Source of the DNA: Eukaryota sp. TZLM1-RC
Taxonomy: Eukaryota > Protista > Metamonada: BaSk clade
Direction: 5' to 3'
Length of the DNA stretch: 64,000 bases
NCBI GenBank assembly: GCA_040285825.1
Contig: JAUPSS010000001.1
Location: 682,001 to 746,000, forward strand
Part shown: positions 1 to 14,142 of the stretch, in pieces
Layout: each line of letters opens with the position of its first letter
Position numbering within the stretch: position 1 is the stretch's first letter
Notes under the pieces: model-generated
Database searches by the model: none
Told to the model about the DNA's origin: nothing
What the model saw: the letters and a program-made list of their open reading frames with translations, nothing else
Made by a program: the position numbers and the translations under genes

Positions 1-1920
1 TTGCAAAATTCCGATCTCCTTTGATGAAAAGAGTAAAATTAAAGAGTACAACGTACCCTTATCGTAGGTAGGATGTGTTGCGCATGTTAAGTATTATTAT
101 ACAATTTTTATGGCTCACAGCAAACGCTTATCAAAAAAGATTGTAATTTCATATCATCTGGTGTCAATAAGATTATCCGTTGTGTCCTATCTTTTTCTGC
201 TTTGCTATTCATCCTTTAATGAATGAATTAATACAAGAATTTCAAGCTATTAAAATTACTGCTTATATAAATGAAATTTTAATTATTGGTCCAATTGCTT
301 CAGTGAGAAAAATTGTTAGAATTGTTCAACAACTATTATCAAATTAGTCTTTCCTTAAATATTTCTAAATGCTTGTTGATTGGTAAAGAGATTGCTGAAC
401 TGGTTATTGATGATCAAATTGTTCCTTTCATTAACTCTTTTGAATCAGGATTCCATTTCTAGGTGGTTATTTAGCCAATTTTGAGGATATATGAAATCAC
501 TTTTCCTCCCTTTTTGCACATTTGGAACAGGAAATTGCTGTTCTTTCAGATTTAGATATTCAAAGACATCCTAAATTTTTCTTTCTCAGAATTTGTTATT
601 CAGAAGAATTTAGTCATATCCTACGATCAACCTTACCATCTCTCTCGATTTTTGCAGAATTTTTAATGAATTAAGAACAAAATTGTTGGATGATATGCTC
701 AATATTGATTCTTCTGTTTTCCGTGGTCATATTTGTTTATCACAGAATTAGGAGGCATAGATTTTAACAATTCTAAATATTTGTGTAAAACTGCATCGAT
801 TGGTGGATGCAAAATTTTTGAATTATTGAAACGTTTTCCTGAAAACAAACATTTAATAGAATGTTGTGGTATTGATTATTTGGGGAAAGAAATTGGAGAA
901 CGAAATTGAATCCCTCTCTCCTCACATCTGGTCCACATGCTTTCCTACCGATATTGAAGAAATTCCCGCCAGAACTTTGATTTATTGAAGATCTACATAC
1001 ACCAAATTGCAGAAATAAATACTAAGGGTTTTTGAAAACTTGCATTTTATTGTTAATCTTAGCTTGCATAAAGAGAAGAATCTCGTTTTTACCAACTGTT
1101 GTATTGATCTTAAGGAAAGTAGCTCAAGTTGTCTCATTTACCAAATTCTAGATGTTTATGTTTTATTCTTAAATCGCCATCAAAGGACAACTGCCTTAAA
1201 AATGAGGTTATTTTCTGTGGCCATGCAGTTTGCCAAATGATTTGATTTGTCGTTGTGGTCAGCTTCTTATGTTGAATCATTTATATTATTGCTAATTTAA
1301 TATTACCTAACGATCAGTTGTTGATGATGTTGTTAGTTACCAACTGTAAGCCATGTGCAAAAAGTCACCATATTGAAGCTTTTGTTGAACCACTTCTGCG
1401 TAAATTGCCACCTGAGAATGATGATAATACTTTTGGAAAACGCCGTGCTGATTTAATGACTTCTGCGTCTGATGGTGTGATGACAGTTGTTGATGGTTGT
1501 GAAGATTCAGCAATTGATTTTGCCAAAAAGATGAAACTCCACTCTGCTTCATTGAAAAGAACAAAATCAAGAGCCTTTATCTCGCCTAGGGTTTGTTGAG
1601 CATGTGAAATATCAGTTGGTTCCATTTGCTGTTTCTCTTTTTGGTAACTTTGGAATCTTTGGTATAAAATTTGTCGAAGGATTCTGATGTTTCCTAAAAG
1701 AAAGAGCAGGAAACGAGCTGATCATTAATTTCAGGTACATTAGAGTTGTTTTTAGTATACTTAAAACAATTTCAGAAATGATAACCAAAACAGTTACAAT
1801 TATCACTAGAGTATACAGATCGTGCACTTGAGATATTAGATGATGTGGATGGGTGTATTGAGAAATTATTGAGTTCTAGTTAGTTGTTTATTTGTTTTGT
1901 TTGCGTTTCAAAATAAAAGA
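1..1920 (+). mobile_element. Degenerate CRE-like non-LTR retrotransposon (family D), RT to RLE region and 3' end
   Basis: Decayed RT motifs (PLCPIFFCFAIHPL...ITAYINE, cf. DPLGP..AYxDD) and RLE region (EAFVEPLL...RRADL...VVDG). Many stops and frameshifts. A-rich end near 1915. Confidence 0.7.
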
Positions 1921-2326
1921 AAACATGATAGAAGATGCTGCTGAAAATGAGTACTAGAAATACGATACTGTATAAAACCACAGCCATTGTAAAAGAAATC
2001 TCCTGTTGAGTTTACAAAAGCTGAATTCCCAACTTCGATTCCCTTCATCAATCCCCCAAACCCAATGTAGTCTTTTGAGAGCATCGTAAAAAAGCTCTGA
2101 CATCAATGAAGCTGATGACACTTAAAGCGAACAACCTCTGTGCTTTTCCTTTGTTCAAAATGATGGTTGGGTCATAATCATACCCTCTTTTAGACGAATG
2201 AATGCTACTTTTGAAGCCTTATGTAATCTACCACGCAAAACAAAGAAGTTCTAATCTTTATGGAATAAATGAGAAACAACTAGTACCGATGGGTAAGCAA
2301 AAGGGGATCTGCTGCACTTCTGGCAA

Positions 2327-3275
2327 AAGGGGACCCCAAAGTGGGAGCCAGCATTTCCTTTCCCACTTTCCGGGTCTGACTGCATGGTGCTTGATCAATG
2401 AGGGTGATTCTGAAGATTGGGCATTTTAGGTTTTTGTGGATCTTGATTTTGCATGTTATTCGCAAAAATTTCCTTTTGTGAGAAATTGTTACTGTAATTT
2501 TTTAACAAATATATATTTATTTTCTGCGAATAATCAAGTCAAATCAAAAGAAACTAAAACACACAAGAAACAAAACTATTTGGGAACACTTCTGTACAAA
2601 GCGAAAATGATACGATTCTTCCATAAATTCCCTGCAAAATTGTTACTACTTGAACGACACAAATTACCAAAAATCATTGATAAAATCCAAGGCGAACTGT
2701 CCAATGTTGCCAAAAATCGAAAAGACAAACGGAACAAACGAAAATTTTGAGTAAAGATTCTTATTTAAAGCCAGCATTTCCTTTCCCACTTTCCGGGTCT
2801 GACTGCATGGTGCTTGATCAATGAGGGTGATTCTGAAAATTGGGCATTTTCGATATTTATGGATCTTGAGTTAGCATGTTCTTCGCAAAAATTTCCTTTT
2901 GTGAGAAATTGTTACTGTAATTTTTTAACAAATATATATTCATTTTCTACGGAAAATCAAATCAAATCAAAACAATCTAAAGCACATAAGAAACAAAACT
3001 ATTTGGGAACGCTTCTGTACAAAGCGAAAATGATGCGATTCTTCCATAAATTCCCTGCAAAATTGTTACTACTTGAACGACCTAAATTACCAAAATCATT
3101 GATGAAATTCAAGGCGAACTGTTCAATGTTGCCAAAAATCGAAAAGACAAAAGGAACAAACGAAAACTTTGAGTAAAGATTCTTATTTAAATCATTTAAT
3201 ATTGCAGTATATTTTCCTCTTTTTCGGTCTTCACTAAGTAAAACATCATCACAATGAATAAAAGCAAAGGTATCT
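2327..3275. repeat. Two tandem partial copies of the tRNA-like element body (+) joined to family A 3' fragments (-)
   Basis: 2327-2768 and 2770-3275 match 17998-18550 (element body, then antisense WKNRIIFALYRSVPK). Confidence 0.8.
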
Positions 3276-3279
3276 CTTG

Positions 3280-4355
3280 ATCATCAGCATCGAGACTAAA
3301 ACAATTATTGTTTCCAGACGCATGTGTGGAAATTTTTTTAAACTCTTGAGGAACTTCGTAATTGACTTGGCCTTTGTTTGTGAATCTTGCAAGGCTGTAG
3401 ATTGTTCAAAATAATATACGTGTTACAGCACAGGTAACTCCTCTATCTTCTATCTTCCTTTTCAATTTGCTTCTGGAAATTTACTAATAATTTTAAAGAA
3501 GGAATATGGGATATCACACGGTTATGGAAATTTGTTTGCTTAAAGCTAAAACAGTATTGTCTTACAACTCCAAAAATTCTTGAAAATACTAACGGAAACT
3601 GTTGCAGAGTTTATACCGGTTTAAAATTCGAATCAGATTTTTTGATCACTTAGAATTGTTGCAAAACCTGTATTGTTCTTCGATCGTGAACAAGACAAAT
3701 TGTTTAATAACATGCTCTTAATTGAACGTATTTTATTGTTCTAGTGTTCTAGTGTTTTATTCTAAGTGTTTCAAGAATATTCAGTTAACCAGAGAACGAT
3801 CTTTATGAAGAGCTATCAAAATTGCCACTTCATAATCCTTTATAGACTGGTTTTACTTATAAATTTTGTTTTGTCAAATTCGATTTAAAATAGGAATTTA
3901 TGCAAAATTCATCACTATTTCACAATGTTTGCAAAATTCCGATCTCCTTTGATGAAAAGAGTAAAATTAAAGAGTACAACGTACCCTTATCGTAGGTAGG
4001 ATGTGTTGCGCATGTTAAGTATTATTATACAATTTTTATGGCTCACAGCAAACGCTTATCAAAAAAGATTGTAATTTCATATCATCTGGTGTCAATAAGA
4101 TTATCCGTTGTGTCCTATCTTTTTCTGCTTTGCTATTCATCCTTTAATGAATGAATTAATACAAGAATTTCAAGCTATTCAAATTACTGCTTATATAAAT
4201 GAAATTTTAATTATTGGTCCAATTGCTTCATTGAGAAAAATTGTTAGAATTGTTCAACAACTATTATCAAATTATTCTTTCCTTAAATATTTCTAAATGC
4301 TTGTTGATTGGTAAAGAGATTGCTGAACTGGTTATTGATGATCAAATTGTTCCTG
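3280..4355 (+). mobile_element. Degenerate family D retrotransposon fragment (5' part to RT); other copies at ~56010-56980 and ~58490-59460
   Basis: 3929-4354 is nearly identical to 1-428. Upstream AFVCESCKAVD resembles the C4 finger of families A and B. Confidence 0.6.
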
Positions 4356-4357
4356 AT

Positions 4358-4955
4358 GAACAAATTTCCTAAGAAATTTGTTCTCAAAGTATTGAATTGA
4401 CGTGCAGAATCATGAGAAATTGTGGGAGATGAAGAACGAAGAAGATGATTAATTTTTGATCCAAAACACATATTTAGAACCGAAAACGCTAAATGTTTGT
4501 CAATTTCTAGATCTTGAATAGCCAAAAGTTGCTCTTCGATTTTTTTCAAAATACCTGACAAAATCGAATTAACTTTTTCACAAGTTCCAAATTTAAAGCC
4601 AAGAAAACGAATAACATTTTCTTCATAATCAAAGTATTTGATATATGTTTCATTAAATGCTACCCCAGCATCCTGATTACCAATAGTGAAACACTTGGGC
4701 AATTTTATATCTAACACTGTTTGGACAGGACAACGAAATGTTGTACCCGTGCTGTAGAAGAAACAAAGGGCCGATAAGTGATAAATCATCTGCATAAGCA
4801 CATATATGAATGTCAGGAAAATCCAACTTAAATTTTACCAAAATTGATTGCAGTGCTAAGCAAAAGAAAAATGGACCCACTGGATGGACCTCTTGACGAA
4901 ACAATATACTGAGAATGAAAAATTAAGTAAGAGGGTGATCCATACATCAATTTCA
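4358..4955 (-). mobile_element. Family A retrotransposon RT fragment
   Basis: GPFFFCLALQ...ICAYADDLSLIGP, matching 25460-26070. Confidence 0.85.
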
Positions 4956-5104
4956 AATTCTGCATAACGGCATCACCTTTTCATAGACAACGCAAAACTG
5001 AGTCAAAGTATATGGTTTAATTACCTTACGTGTTTTAAAGACGATCACAGATGTTTGGTCATCAAACATCTGTTTGATTGCTCAAACAGTTGTTTGAGCA
5101 ATAG

Positions 5105-7165
5105 TTCCTCAACCAAAACTAATGTAATTTCTCTATTTTTCCCTTTAGTTCTACAATTAAAAATCGTACCTCTTTTTAGAACACATTCATCCTCTGTGCT
5201 GACCAGAACAACTCTTCTATCCCCAAACAAAGTGATCTTGTGCTTTGTGGAAGTGAGGCTCTGGTCAATGACGTGTTTCAGAGTTGAGAAATTTGGACAA
5301 GGAATGAAGACTAGTTCGAATAAATAGAATTCATTAAAAGAAATTCTAAAATTTTGGTTGGAAGTTTCAATTGATTGAATGATCTCTGATTGATCTTCTT
5401 TTGAAAAGACCAAATATTCGAACAATGAAATGTCAGCCAATATTTGGTCATTTAGATAGATTGTCTGTGAATTCGGTAATAGTTGAGCCAAATTTTAGTC
5501 AATAACAGAATGATTAATTGGTGATCCATCTTCGACAACGACTGTGATCGACGTCAAGGCTAAAATTTTAGAAGTTTGATCTCTTCCCCTGCTCTTGAGC
5601 TCTACTATTTCCTTTTGCTTATCCATTAATTTTTGTTTCAATTTTTGAATCAATTGATTGTTTTTTTCATTATTATTGACCGCCAACTGATCACTGTTAG
5701 TGGACACTTCTGAAATTTCTGCCTTTAAACCCAAAACTTCCTTTTCCAAATTTTCAATGATTTCCGATCGGTCGGCTACACAATTTTTCAAAGAGTCAAT
5801 GATAGCAACAAATTTTTCATTAATTTCTTTAATTTTCCCATATTGCCCTTCTAATTCATCATGAGAGTCAGAAAGATCCTTGAAAGCTGATTCTGATTGG
5901 TTCAAGGAAACAGAAAGTGATTATATAACTGATGAATAATTGGTAGATTTTTCGAAAAGATCACAAAAAAGATCATAAAGCTCATTGAAAGAAGATGAAA
6001 ATGTTTTGAATTCTGAACGTTGTGACTGAATGGTTTCCTCTAACTGAGTAATTTTTGACTCCAATTCAACAATTAACGTAGACTTAAATTGAATTTCTGT
6101 ATTCAATTCAGCAATCAAGTCTTGATTATTCTTGATTGATTGACAATTTGATTGATTCTCGGTTGATAATTCCGAATTACTGGCTTTAAGTGACATAATT
6201 TCCGATTCCAGTGATTCTTTTTCAGACGTTAGAGATTTGATTTGAGTAGTTAATTCAGCAATTGATGAATTTAATTCTGCAAATTTAGAACTTTTCATCA
6301 ATAATTCTTGATTCTTTGAATTAATTTCAGCATCTTTTTCTTTCAATAATTCAGTTTTATCACCATTATTTTTTTCATTTTTCTTAATTTCTTCTTTTAA
6401 TTCACTATTCAACAGACCCAACTCATCTAATGCACTTGATAATTCATAATTTTTACTGTTAATTAAGGTGATTTCATCTTTTAACTCAGTAATGATTGAG
6501 TTTAACTGTTCCTTTTCCAGAATTAATTCCTTTTCACTCTCCGAGTTACTACTAATTTTTGCTTTAATTTGATCCAATTCAAGTTCTCTTTCGGATATAA
6601 CACTACCTAATTTTTCTTTTTCTAGCACAACCAAGTTATAATTTGTTTCTAATCTAACCAACGAGTCAGTTTTGAGCTGACAAGTTTTCTGACATTCTGA
6701 ATTTTTCGAAGTGATCTCTTCTAACTGAGACTTAAAATTTTAACACTGTTCCTCAGTCAAGGTTAAATTTGACCGAAGCTCTTGAATTTTATCGGAAATG
6801 TCTTGATTTTGAGCTTCCAAGTCTTGTTTTTCTTCACTAACTTTGTTGAAATTTCGTTGTAATTTTTCATAAAGTTTTGATAATTCCTGATTTTTGACCG
6901 TCATGTCATTTAATTGATTGGTAACGTCAGCAATTTTGACCTTATCAGATTCTACTTTGGCTTTCAAATGATTAATCTCTTCCTTTAAAAATCCAACTTG
7001 TCGTTGATTGAGCTTCTTTGATTCAAGCTCAAAGTTTTTAAAATTTTGTTCCAAAATTTCGTAATCTGACTTTGACTCTGCAAGACTTTGGGTTAATTCT
7101 TCACATTTCTGTTCGAATTCAGCAGACTTCCGTTGAAAACCTTTCAACTTGCCAATTTGAGACAA
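5105..7165 (-). pseudogene. N-terminal coiled-coil fragment of the coiled-coil/PARG/PBZ gene
   Basis: Near-identical to 38022-40050. Internal stops; truncated at both ends. Confidence 0.8.
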
Positions 7166-7520
7166 ACATAGAAAATATGATAAACTTATTGAAGAGGCTA
7201 ATGTCGATAGAAATACACAGCTGGTTTTTATTGCTTTCCCATTTTCGATAAATGGAAGATGATCAGTTGAAGCAGAAACTTTTTTGGATGACTTCCAAAA
7301 AATGGTGCAAGAAAAAACAATGAAAGATTTGATATTTTTTGATGGCGATCACGAGATTCAATTTGCCATTATTAAAAGATTACCTCGGTTTTTCAATCGA
7401 ATTAGAGGAGCTTTAGCTAGACAGCAAGCAGATCAAGATTTTGTAGAGGAAATCTTGGTTCAATGATAGTCGTCCCATTAGTAATGAATTAATTAATTTA
7501 AGTGTGCAAATTCAATAAAT
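7165..7520 (+). mobile_element. Family C retrotransposon 3' fragment (duplicate at 40050-40406)
   Basis: KHRKYDK...FIAFPFSINGR...DFVEEILV, ending gtgtgcaaattcaataaat as in the other family C copies. Confidence 0.85.
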
Positions 7521-7603
7521 ACATATATTCAATGTTCGATTTTCACTTTTCGTTCAGGTTCAGGTGTTGACGAAAGATCATATCTCAACTACACCTTGGA
7601 ACC

Positions 7604-10600
7604 ATGGTTAAGCCCGTACTTTCGTCACTTCTACTACCTGCTACCTTGTTCGTTTGTCTTTTATCTAGACAATCTTATTTCTTATTTGCTTTTGTTCCTT
7701 CGCTTTTTCTTGCTATTAAGTTTCCGAATCAGAAATAGCCCCCGCTGCTCTCTTTTGCATTATCCTTTCTTGGTTTAGTCGCTTCTGCAGTAATCATTCC
7801 ATTTGACCTCCCCCTTCTTCAGTCTTTATATATAGGTACTTGTTCTGATTCACTATGTATACCACCATTTGCGTACTATGGTTCACTTGTTTTCTTGTTA
7901 TTCATCTATCTTCGACTGCAACCTTCTTCATGCACGCTCTCATGCACAACTGCTTCTATTAGTGTAGCATCTGTAATTTCTTTTTTCTCATGTGGATTAG
8001 TATTAATTGCTACCTTCTTTTACCTTTCACCTTGGCTGATTCCGTTGCTGATATATGGAATGATTCTGATTATTTTTAAATTAAGAACTTGTGGTTTTAA
8101 ACGAGGTTATAGAGTTTTATTATTTTCTATTATTTCAATTAATTTAACATTTATTTCTTTTTCTAAACAACCAAGAGCTGTGACGTTACTTTCAGCAGCT
8201 TTCTTTCTATTTTTGAACCCTTTTGGTCTATTGGTGACGTTTTCGCCACGTCAGCATAGGTACTTTTTGAAATTTTTGAGAATTATTTACACAATTGACC
8301 ACTCTATTATTGTTTTTACTGCATCTTTATTAATCACCTTAAATTTACCTACAGTTCCATTTATTTTACTATTCTTATTATCAGTTCATTATATTCTTCA
8401 TCCTTTATCATCAAATAAAAAAATTACAAATTTGGTGTTATTTATTTCTTTTGGTTTTGTTTTACTATTTTATTCCACTTTCTCTTCCTTTATTTCCTCA
8501 ATCTGTGATTCTCAATTCGCAATTGTGTTGGGCGTTTGTCAGACCCAATCTTATTATTATTCAGTTATTATCTTTATTTTAATTTCTTCTTTATCTCATT
8601 TAAATTATTTACTAAGAAGAATAGATGGTGAAAGTAGAACCTCTTTGTCTTTTCAATCTCCTTTATTCTTAAAATTCAAATCAGTAATTGGAGTTTGCTT
8701 TATTAGCATATACTTGTTATTTAGAGTTTGTTTATTGGAAATTGTTATATTAGCAATCTTTGTGGTTATTGTTTTACTCCCAATTGTTGGAATTCGAAAT
8801 TCTTTAATTGACTTTATAGGATTTTCTAGTTTTGTTTTGGTCATTGCTAGTTTATTTATAATCCAATACACCCCAGTAATGGATTATTTATCCACACTTC
8901 TCCCAGCTCATTATGTAGACGTGATATCACGTTATCATTTTGACCTTTTATTTGATCGATTTGTTTTTCTTATTTTTCCAGTATTATCTTTTGTTTTTCT
9001 TAAGGGAATTGACTTTAATCAGCGCTTCATTTCCCTTTCAAGACCTTCAATTATCAAAAATTTAGTCGTTTTCATTCTAGTAATTTCAACGTTCCAACCA
9101 TATATTTTAAATCTAATTCCGTTAATAATTTGTATTTTTGATTTAACTCTAATCAAACACACAAACAGAACTAGTAGGAAGCTGCTTTATCTAATAACCT
9201 CAATTTTAACAATAACTCGATTAACAATTACTTATTTATCAATAGCATTGCCTCAAGATTTTATTAAAAGTCCCATATTTAAAATATTTGCATTACCCTC
9301 ACTCAACCATTGTGACTCTGTTTTTTGTCTAGAGCATGCTTTAATTTTATTACCTTTGGTTATTCAATTAATCATTTCTACCTCCTTCATCAAATCACCT
9401 TCCCCATCAATCACGTCACCTGTGATTGCTTTATTTACATCTCAATTCCAACTACTTGGCCCAGCTTTCATGCATACAGTGGCAGTAGTGTTTGCTTGGG
9501 TATCTATTCTATCTATAAGAGATCCTTTTTCTATTATTCTAGGAGCTTCCTGTTTAGGCTTTCTTAGTTCTCATCATTGGAGACATCGGAAAAAACTTGT
9601 TTGGTTGGTTCTGTTGGGGTTAGTGTTTGGGGTTGTTTCCAAAATTTTGTTGTCTTCTTTATGTGATCTCTATCCTGATCTCCATTCTTCATGGCCAAAA
9701 TTTTACGAATTTTTCGGAGTGTCTTGCACATCCAACTCTTTCCTTTTTCACTTCAGTTTCCCCATTTTAGCCATATTTTGCCTCTATAGGTCCATGGCCA
9801 ATCCCCTTGACTTGAGCTTATACTGCCCCGAAACTGAGGATGAAGTTTCTCCCATCGCTTTTAAAATTGAAAAGTTTTTGTTACCGCTTTTAAGACCTTG
9901 TCTAATTATTTTATTGTTCTTTATCGGTGTTCAACGTGCATCTGTTCCTGCTTTGCTTTACGTAATTGTAGCACTTTGGTTGGTGTATTCGGACTCTGTT
10001 TTTACTGAGCTGAAAAGGGCAAAAACTTTCACGTTTTGTTTGTATATTTTAAACTGCTCTGTTTTGATTTCACAATCAATATTTCAGTTGAGCTTTTTCA
10101 GTGAATCTTCTGATCTCTTCTCGATCTCTTCTATTCTAGGTCTAGATCAATACCATTCTTACTACTCGGCGCTCAAATTATCAGCTTCACTTTTGGATTT
10201 CATTGTCCACGGCATCTCTTCTTCTTTGGATGTATTGGTTTACTCTGCTTCCTTTAAAAGATATCTTTCTTCAGTTAAAACCAGCAGAGATTTGGCCATC
10301 CAACGAGTCTTGGATGATGAAAAGTTAAGTAAGCTTAGGCGGGAAAGAATTTTAAAGCAACAGTTAACAGAGAAGGAAGCTACTGAAAGCAGATTGGAAA
10401 TGTTAAAGTCCAAAAGACTTGGTAAAAGAGATACATCAGCTCGTCAAATATTTGAAGAAGAGATCAAAGCACATCAGGACGTTTTAAGTGATTTGTCAAG
10501 TAGTGCAGAAGAGATCAAAAAGGATCATGATGACCTGTCAGGTCAAGAGAAGTCAAGTGACGTTGACGTATCTACTGATCAGAAACTTGATGAAGAGGTC

Positions 10601-12899
10601 ACACCAGATCAAGATGACACGTCTGAGCCTCAACCATCATTTTTACTTCGAATGGCAACCAAACTTCAGTCAATCATTTTGAACTTCTTCAATATCAACA
10701 TTTCTGACCTACCACCACGTCATCAAACGTCACCATTACGTTGGTTAAAGCACAATATTTATAGATACTCTTCTGTATTGTCTTGCTTGCTGTGCTATCT
10801 CGCTGCTTTGTGGTTTCCTTCAATTCATACTGTGATGATTGCTTTCACCACGATCACTTTTGGTTTAATGTCCAAATATGGAGGCAAAGCTAGGTTTTGG
10901 CAGTTTATTTTGGGAATTTATCTATCTTTATTATTAATCCATTACATTTTCACCTTTCCTTTCTTTTGTTTTTGCGTTTCGCCATCAGATTCAATTACCA
11001 TTTCCCTTGGTAAGTCATGTCTAGATCCCACCAAGTGTCCTGTTCCAAGGGAGCTTATCGATCCATCCAGTCACCCCTCAGCCCTAAGTTCGCAACTCAT
11101 TTACCTTGTTGGTATTGATCCTATAGGCAGCTTCCTCTTCTCCTTCCCTCCCTTGCTGATTGCTGCATTGGGTATCGTTTTTCATCGATCTATCTCGTTT
11201 AGAATGGGCAGGTGGGGAATTGATGTAGAGGAGAGAGTTGGGGTTCGTCAAGTTTGGGGTAGGGTCGTGGTCTTCTTCAAGACTCTAATGGAGAAGCGTT
11301 TCGACGCTATTGGAGTAGACCTCTACCCATTTATGTTTTTTATTGATATACTGCAGTTAATTGCGCTTCCATTTGCCTTTTTTAGTAGCTCAACAGCTTC
11401 CCAGTCGGTAATCCAATCAGTCCAGCTCAGTTATTTACCTGGTTTCCTTGCAATTTGGTTGATTGTTCAGTTTCTGTTAATCATTATTGATAGAACTCTT
11501 TTCTATTTGAGATTTGCAAGACTCAAAGCTCTGGTTCATTTCATTTCTAATTTCACTGTGTTAATTGTTTTTGTTTAATTTTCCCCGCAGTAATCACGAA
11601 TTACCAATTAATGCACCTTTTCTCCTAGTCGCGGCCTTTCTGCGGTTTGTGGCTGCCGTGTTGAGCTCTCTACAACTTCGTTTTGGTTTTCCGCCACCTT
11701 CTTCCAAAGCCTTTTTGATGAAGTCTTACGGTTCTTTTAATAATTATGGATACCAAGCCTTTAGAGTCATTCCTTTTCTTTATGAAATGAAATGTTTGTT
11801 GGATTGGTCTTTGACTACTACTGCTTTGGAATTTAATTACTGGATGCGAATAGAAGATATTTATTCATCGTTGTTTTTAATCAAATGCAGAAGGTTATCT
11901 ACAGCGAAAAGGGGTCGAAATTTTGGTGACCCACAACCAAAATTTGACAAATTTTCGCAAGGTTTTCTTTTGTTTTTCGGTCTTACGCTTTTATTATGTT
12001 TGCCCTTAATTTTATTTAGTTCTGCTAACCCAGTCTCCAAACCAAACCCTATCCAACAGGCTAGTATTGATGTAAGTTTCAATAACTACTTGCCCATTTT
12101 CTCTCAGCATGAAGTGCACAAAGTCGATGTTATCCTGGCTACACAATACAATGCAATTGTTAACCAACACTCCTTGCTCCGCGATTCTAACCGTGCAGAT
12201 GTACGAAAGATTACCTTTTTCACTTCATCTGATTCTGTGTGGACCATTGCTCCTCCTGCCATGAACGGGCTAGTAGAAGCTTTGGAGGATGGAAGGGGAG
12301 TAGTATCTGTTACTTTGTCGTTTAACAGACACTATCCAAGCGATAGGAGGACAGCAAAGGGATGGTACTCGTTCAATTTAGATCATGAACATTGTTTAGA
12401 GTTGGCCAAGTTATTTTCTGGTGATTTAGAAGAAGTAACAATACCTTTACTTCCAAGAGCTGCATTAATTCCTCTGGCCGAATCACCAATCTTTTCTGAT
12501 CAACGTGAGGATACTCTCATTCAGCGTAGAGAGCGTGACGGACAGACTTATTGGTTGATCAAGGATGCTGATTCAAGAGAACCATTCTATATGTATACTT
12601 ATAGTTTAGAATCGACCGCTGCACTTGGTGCTTATGCCAGCGGGGGTTTGATTGGATTGTATCTATCAATTGTGATTGGTGTTGGTAGGTTTGTTCGACT
12701 TTCATTTTCGGACAGCAAATCCCAAATTTTTGTTTCGGCTCTCCCAAATGTGGATAAATTACTTGAAATCTGTGAGGATTTGTTCCTGGCCAGGAGTATC
12801 TCAGATTTGGTGCTTGAAGAATCAATTTACAAGGAAATCATTCAGATATATAGAGATCCAGATACTTTGATTGAATTAACCACACCACCAGTTAAATAG
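7604..12899 (+). pseudogene. PIEZO: Piezo-family mechanosensitive channel, copy 1 (disrupted)
   Basis: Multi-TM protein with the Piezo motif PFLYEMKCLLDWSLTTTALEFNYWMRIEDIY and C-terminal GLYLSIVIGVGRFVR...LPNVDKLLEICEDLFLAR. TGG>TAG at ~7736, ~410-nt deletion at ~7942 relative to copy 3, frameshift at ~11570. Confidence 0.9.
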
Positions 12900-14142
12900 T
12901 TATTGGTGATAGGTAGTTAATTTAAATAGTGTTTTCGTGCTATATCTTTTGAATAAATAAAGCAGTATCTTTTTTGAGCTACTGTCTCGTTATCCGCTAC
13001 GTTAACTCCAATAATCAATTTCAACAAAATGGTTTTAAAACAAGCTTTTCATGGGATGGATGCTCTTTAATTGAGCGACTTTTGAGCGTTAAACAAAGCT
13101 TTTTCCTACTGTATTTGGAATGGTAGCATCCGGTACAAGACGTGATGTGAAGTAATGTCAAATACTACAATGTTGTGAATTTCCAGATGATAGAAGAAAA
13201 AATGGCTACCAAAAACACATGAAACTTCTATTGATGATACAGCATATTTATTGGTATTCAGCTCAAAAATCAGAATAATAACAAGTAAACTCTCACCAAT
13301 TTTAAGGGACATTGTTATTGCACAAACTACCTAACAACTCTTCGAAAATTGAGAAAAAATGCACACAGTGTTTTTTCCCTATTGTTGTGGATTCAACAAA
13401 CATTTAAATCAGCAGTGATTTAATTTCTCGATTTTGCATTTACTGTCTATGGATGATGTTTAGTTCTTCATGATGTGTATGTAAGGTTGTCAAAACACAA
13501 CGGAATGAATCATGAAAAATAAAGTTTGAACTTCCTGGATACAAATTTGGACTCTTTGTGACTGAAATTGACTGAGGAAATTTTGAAGTTGCAATTCCCA
13601 AAGAATTAGACAATTGAACTGCGAAGACTAAAAAGATGTTGTGCAAGCAGCCAAGTTATAAAAATGGACATAAAATTCTTATTGATCAGTGTTCCGGCCA
13701 TACAAACAAAACTAGAGTTTTAGATCATCTTTTGTCTATTTGTAAACCCAAAATTCTCTTTCGAATGTGGTTGTTTTTGGGGTTGAATAGAATTGAACGT
13801 TCTTTTGCTCAAGTTCAACACCATTGTCAGTATTTTTGAACTACAAAAATATGGTGAGAAGACGCTACTACCTTGAATTCTCAAAATATTTTTTTCACAT
13901 TTTCAGTAGATTGGATGTCGGTACACAGACAGACAACCAGGAATGTTGCTTAATATCATTTTACTAACAAACTTAATTTCAAACTGCTTTAAAAACCGGC
14001 AACTGTTCAAAAATTATCGTAGTAAAGTTAAATTCTTCATTTTATAGTTCTAGTGTAGCTTCTGAAATACTTCCACAACAAATCGCATTCGCCAAAGTTT
14101 ATTGGGTGCAAAACTTAATTACATTGAACTATAAGGAAACAT

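Larger units (their letters stand above)
5105..13352 (+). repeat. Segmental duplicate of 38022-40406 + 47637-53672
   Basis: Collinear near-identity except for the family B insertion and small deletions. Confidence 0.9.

Noticed and set aside
7736-7738. Stop-codon reassignment (in-frame TAG in Piezo)
   Set aside because: The paralog has TGG here, and genes end normally in TAA/TAG.
12900-14100. Short ORFs downstream of Piezo
   Set aside because: No recognisable motifs.
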